Shown in pieces: positions 59,604-64,000 of a DNA stretch of 64,000 nucleotides (position 1 is the first letter of the stretch; each line of letters starts with the position of its first letter). The DNA lies in contig NW_020843379.1 of the NCBI RefSeq assembly GCF_003704095.1, positions 1-64,000 of the forward strand, in the 5' to 3' direction. The notes beneath the pieces were generated by a model, which saw only the letters and a program-made list of their open reading frames with translations, ran no database searches and was not told the DNA's origin. This DNA comes from Pocillopora damicornis. Lineage: Eukaryota. A program made the position numbers and the translations under genes.

Positions 59604-60372
59604 TTAACTCCCTAGATCTGATTTGTAATCTTCCCTCTGACTGCTACACATTTCCTTATAAACTAGTAAAGGGAATTTCTTTTTGGATCAAGATGAAAAC
59701 TTCTACCTGATAAGTTTGAGTATTCTCATTACCTGTTTGCTGGATGATGTGTAAATATAATAGAGAGAAGTTACATGCTAATCACTTCCGGGTGTTAAAG
59801 GGTTAAGCTTTCAATAACACAGTAATTGGTTTTAGGTTAGATCAGCTTGACATTTTTTAAGGATTTCTTTTTCTTTAAACACTTTATTTGCAGCTCACTT
59901 GGGAAATCATTTCATTACTTGTGCTAATAAATGATAGAGCCCTGCAAACTTAACCCCTTTAACTCCCACTGTCTGCCATATAGTTCTTGTGATGTTAGTT
60001 TGGAGAATTTGATATTAGATCAACTTATAATCCTCTAATTAATATTTTTCTTTATTTTCATCACTTGTCTACTTGATTTTGTATTGATATTGTAAGGAGA
60101 AATTCTGTCTTGGTCACTCATGGGAGTTAAAGGGTTAACTACTAAGGGAAATAAAAAATATTTTTACCCTTTAACCTTGAAAATTGACTGGTAGTTTACT
60201 TCTCTTTACAATGTCACCCCCCAATCAAGCATTAAGTTTACATGGATAAAGGAAGTGATCATCAACTTGAGAAGCTCTTGATTGTTAAAACAAATTCTCC
60301 TCAGCAGCTCCTTAGAAAAATTTTTAGAAAACAGTATGGAGAAGATGCAAACTGATGTTAAGGTGTAAAGAG
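59604..60372. mobile_element. Cluster of three piggyBac-like MITEs (59604-59806, 59950-60138, ~60165-60372)
   Basis: The first two end in TAAAGGGTTAA and the third has a degenerate end; internal sequences match subtypes seen elsewhere in the window. Confidence 0.7.
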
Positions 60373-62429
60373 TTCATGTAACAGGAGTCAATGAGGCTTA
60401 TGTTAGATTAGTGAAAATCCTCAGGAAACTCTAGTAGCTTTGAGTGACTGTTTCCAAGATTTCCATACTCAAGTTTGGTCTTTTCTCATGTATCCATGTA
60501 ACTTTGAATATTAATCACATTTTTTTAACGATACTTTAAAAATGCCTTTTACTTTGTTGTGTGGTTGAATTTTTCTGTATTCTGCATGATATAAAGATGC
60601 AGACTCCTGGTTCACTTGAATATTATCACCAGGAAAGGCATGATTAATTGCATTAAGACATTACATAAACTTGTACTGTGTGATGAAAAATAAGGTACTT
60701 AGTTGTTTCTGAAGATGCTGTGATTGTTAAATAGCATGCATAGATACAGTGATAGCATATATAATTGCCAAGACCATAATGATGAGCAAAGAGGGTAAGT
60801 TTCTAAAGAAACTGTGATTCTGTGTCAATGGGGATATACTAAAATAATTTGCTTTTATTTAAAATTTATGTATCATAATGTAAGTTGTTTGCCACTGTAA
60901 AGAGTCTCAAAAGCTGAAGTTTCAAGGGGGAAGCCCTTTGTCAGGTGTAGGAATTGACTGACACAGCTAAAACACTTAGCAATGTCGTATTAGCACAGGA
61001 AAGATAAATCAATATTACATGGTTACCTAAAGAGTGATGTCTCTATAATATGTAATGCTTCATTTGAAGGTACTGCCAAGTAAGTCTGGCATTCTCAAGG
61101 TAATCCTTAAGTAAACTCTCCATACTTGAGTTGGGAGGAGCATTTGTAGCAGAATACACTGTGTGTCCCATAAGGTTAGAAAAAAAAACATATGGCACTG
61201 GCTTGTGCCTCTTATTACATGTAACTAGGGACGCTATCTTAATTAGAGGTGCTAACATCTGTCACGAAAAGCAACAAAACAAAATATATAGAGAGTGAAG
61301 GGTGGAGTGTTGAAAGGAATTTGATAGACTGGACTTTACTTTTTTCTGAAAATGGAAAGTCAAAGTTCACCTTTCTGGAGCATTTGCTTGGGATTTGCGT
61401 GCTTTGCCTGATTTTGATAACAACATAACTACCGGTAGGTTTGTTCTCTCGTATGATTGAATGCAATATTCAGTACTTCCTGCATTTTGAATACATTTAA
61501 TCTGAGCAGGAGTAAGAAAACCGATTCTTCCTGATAGGAGACAGACTATTAGACCTCTTGTGACAACTGAAACCAACCCAAGAAAGTGATGAAATGTTAG
61601 TTCTTATTTGGCTTGGGCTAGAATATATCTGTCTAGACCTGTTTTGGGAGTTTTGTTATTTTGTATTTCTATTTTATTGGAGTAAATATATGCTATATTG
61701 GACTCAGATAGTGTTTGTGTACTTGAATTCCTCAAAGGAAAACTTTCATAGATTTATTGTACCAACAGTTACATACATTTGGGATTGTTTTAGCTTTGAA
61801 AAATCAAAGGAAAACTTGTAGACATAAAGGAATTAGCTTCAACAGTAATAAATTTGTCTTCTTGTAAAGAAACTTTAAGATTGATGTCTTAATCGTGTAG
61901 TAGAACAGGATGGGTGGGGGGAGGGGGGTGGGGTGGGGTGGACCCTGAAGATTATTACCAATTTCCCCCCCCCCTTCCCTCTTTCCTCGTGTTTTTTTTT
62001 ATGCTCTGGTTGTAATGAGATCTAATGGTTGCTATGACAATAATCTTGGTAACAGATGATAATTACTGATAAGGCTGGTCTCTTGGGAAGGCCCCATACT
62101 TGACCCCCCTGAAATACCGTACGTTTCAATGCTCTGAATGACGAGTGAATGTTGTTTGTCATAAATCACACTGAGAAAACCAGGTGGTAGAAAATAGACC
62201 TTTTGGTCGTTGTGTTTTATCTTTGAGCAACAAATTTTTTCACTAGTATTATTATTCTATTTAATGACAGATCCATCGCTACTTTTTGTGCTCCAAAAAC
62301 GAACTTAGACAAATTGGCTCAATTTTTTTTTTCAAACTTTACAATTATTCTGATACATGTATCAACAATCACTTCCACTTTCTCTTTCGCTTGTGCCTGG
62401 TGGAAAACTGAAATTTGGGGCAGTGCAGT

Positions 62430-63030
62430 GGACTTATTTACAAGAATGAAATTTTTGGAACATTCAGAACGTTGTCCCAGCCTATACCATTTGACTATAC
62501 TTAAATCTCTGTTTCCGTGCACCAGATATAGGTATTGTAGTTGGCTGAAATTTGTATTCTCTCGGTCATTGTACTAGTCATGTCTTGTCTGCATGTCACC
62601 GATGTATATTGTCACTCAGTTGGCTTTAGAAACTTGAGCTCATTTATTGTTATACGTGAGCCATGCATGGAAACGATAACTTGTGCCTGGCGGAAGATTG
62701 GAAATTTGGGATAATTTTAATCTTTCCTAACCCGGGGTAAAAACGCGCAAATATGAATTTATCTTTTTTGTAGCAGGAAAAAAATTTTTGGAACATTTAA
62801 CAGTGATGTCTCAGCCTATACCTTTTAAGTAATTTTATAACGTCTGTCCTTGTACTTCAGATATAATTATGACACATAGCCTCAAAGTTATTCTCTCTAG
62901 CTCATTGCATCAGTCATAGCTTGTCTGTATTTCATCGCTGTATATTGGCTCTTAATTCCCATGTACTTTTAGCTTTTAGAAACTTGAGCTCATCTATTAA
63001 TAGACGTGAGTTATGCATGGAAGTGGTAGC
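62430..63030. repeat. Diverged tandem duplication with ~340-bp period
   Basis: aaatttttggaacatt..cagcctatacc..ttgtctg..ttagaaacttgagctcat..cgtgag..atgcatggaa occurs at ~62450-62675 and ~62782-63025. Confidence 0.7.
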
Positions 63031-64000
63031 ATCACTCCTACCTCTCACTGTAAAGATGAATACTATTTTGGAGAGTAAGTTTTTGAAATACTAGTTTTAG
63101 ATATACGATTTCAAATACAATTGGCAATAGTAGATGAATCTTTAAAGTGGCTTACGAGATTATATTAAAGAAAACCGCGAAGAATGCGGGACACAACAAT
63201 ATCAAACTCAGTCGACCCTTTATAACCATTAGACATTAATACTGGAGCACAGACTACACCATGAGTAACCGTAATGTACTGGATACAAGCGCGCCATATG
63301 GCACTCAGTTAAACCTTGAAGAGCTAGAAAACCTGTGTGCTTTTGGACAATGTTGGTATCTTTTTAGTCGACCAAACACAACAAGAGAAAATCACTTTTC
63401 ATTTACAGTCGATTCGCGTTCATAATATTAAACAGAAAATACACTGATATACAATTAACAACCATGGATACAATATCCACTTGATGCTGTAAATAATACA
63501 GAGCAGCACTCAATGAAAACAAAGTAAATTACCATGGAAGTTACAAACAAACCGATATATGCGACCAGATCCGTGCACGCAAAAACAACGTTATAAAAAG
63601 GCTAATGGTAAGAGAAGTGGGTGATACTATAGGGTTAGCTTTGATGAGAACAACAGCTTTATGGATTCCTAAAGCTATTTTTCAGACATTTCAAATTAGA
63701 AATTTTTTACCCCGGCCACAAGGCTTAAGGAGCCTTAAACATTTTCATAATGCGTTTCGATCTTCTGTTTGTAGTGGCTTTACAGATAGCATTTTTATCA
63801 ACGCAATCCTGGGCTCAGATAGGTAAGTGAAAGTAATTGATAACGCCGTGAAAAGAAGAACTTCGTTTTGCATTACGTAACATCATAACCTATCAATAAT
63901 TAAAAAAAACAAAATAGAATGTGCCTGTTGGAAAAAGGGGCTCGTCCGAGAATGATGAAAAGTTTTATTTCATTCTTTATTTTTAGTGAAAATGCACGAT

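Overview
Eukaryotic, intron-rich, AT-rich animal DNA, most likely a scleractinian coral scaffold (inferred from gene content and repeat families; no prokaryotic features). Left to right: (1) 1-2.7 kb, a gapped Helitron-type transposon remnant on the minus strand with OTU-protease and DUF6570-like fragments. (2) 3.6-18.6 kb, a fragmented, partly mis-oriented locus encoding a secreted protein with three Cys/Trp repeats resembling the biomphalysin small lobe (beta-prism-like) fused to TSP1 repeats; it is present as two unusually divergent versions. (3) A compact housekeeping block: MCFD2-like paralog 1 (-), a BTB/coiled-coil/Cys-His finger gene (-), NDUFAF1 (-) head-to-head with CRLS1 (+) with 76 bp between ATGs, MCFD2-like paralog 2 (+), and a DHHC palmitoyltransferase (-) head-to-head with a 15-exon RIOX1/NO66 (+). 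(4) Two BK-channel beta-subunit-like (KCNMB/CaKB) paralogs flanking a melatonin-receptor-like GPCR that is frameshifted in TM1. Introns and intergenic DNA hold more than 20 TTAA-flanked piggyBac-like MITEs, plus other MITEs and tRNA-derived SINEs. The large inverted repeats at 4.6-18 kb sit at 100-N joins and are probably scaffolding artefacts. Exon models were built by hand from GT/AG sites and reading-frame continuity; family assignments are from recalled motifs, not database searches.
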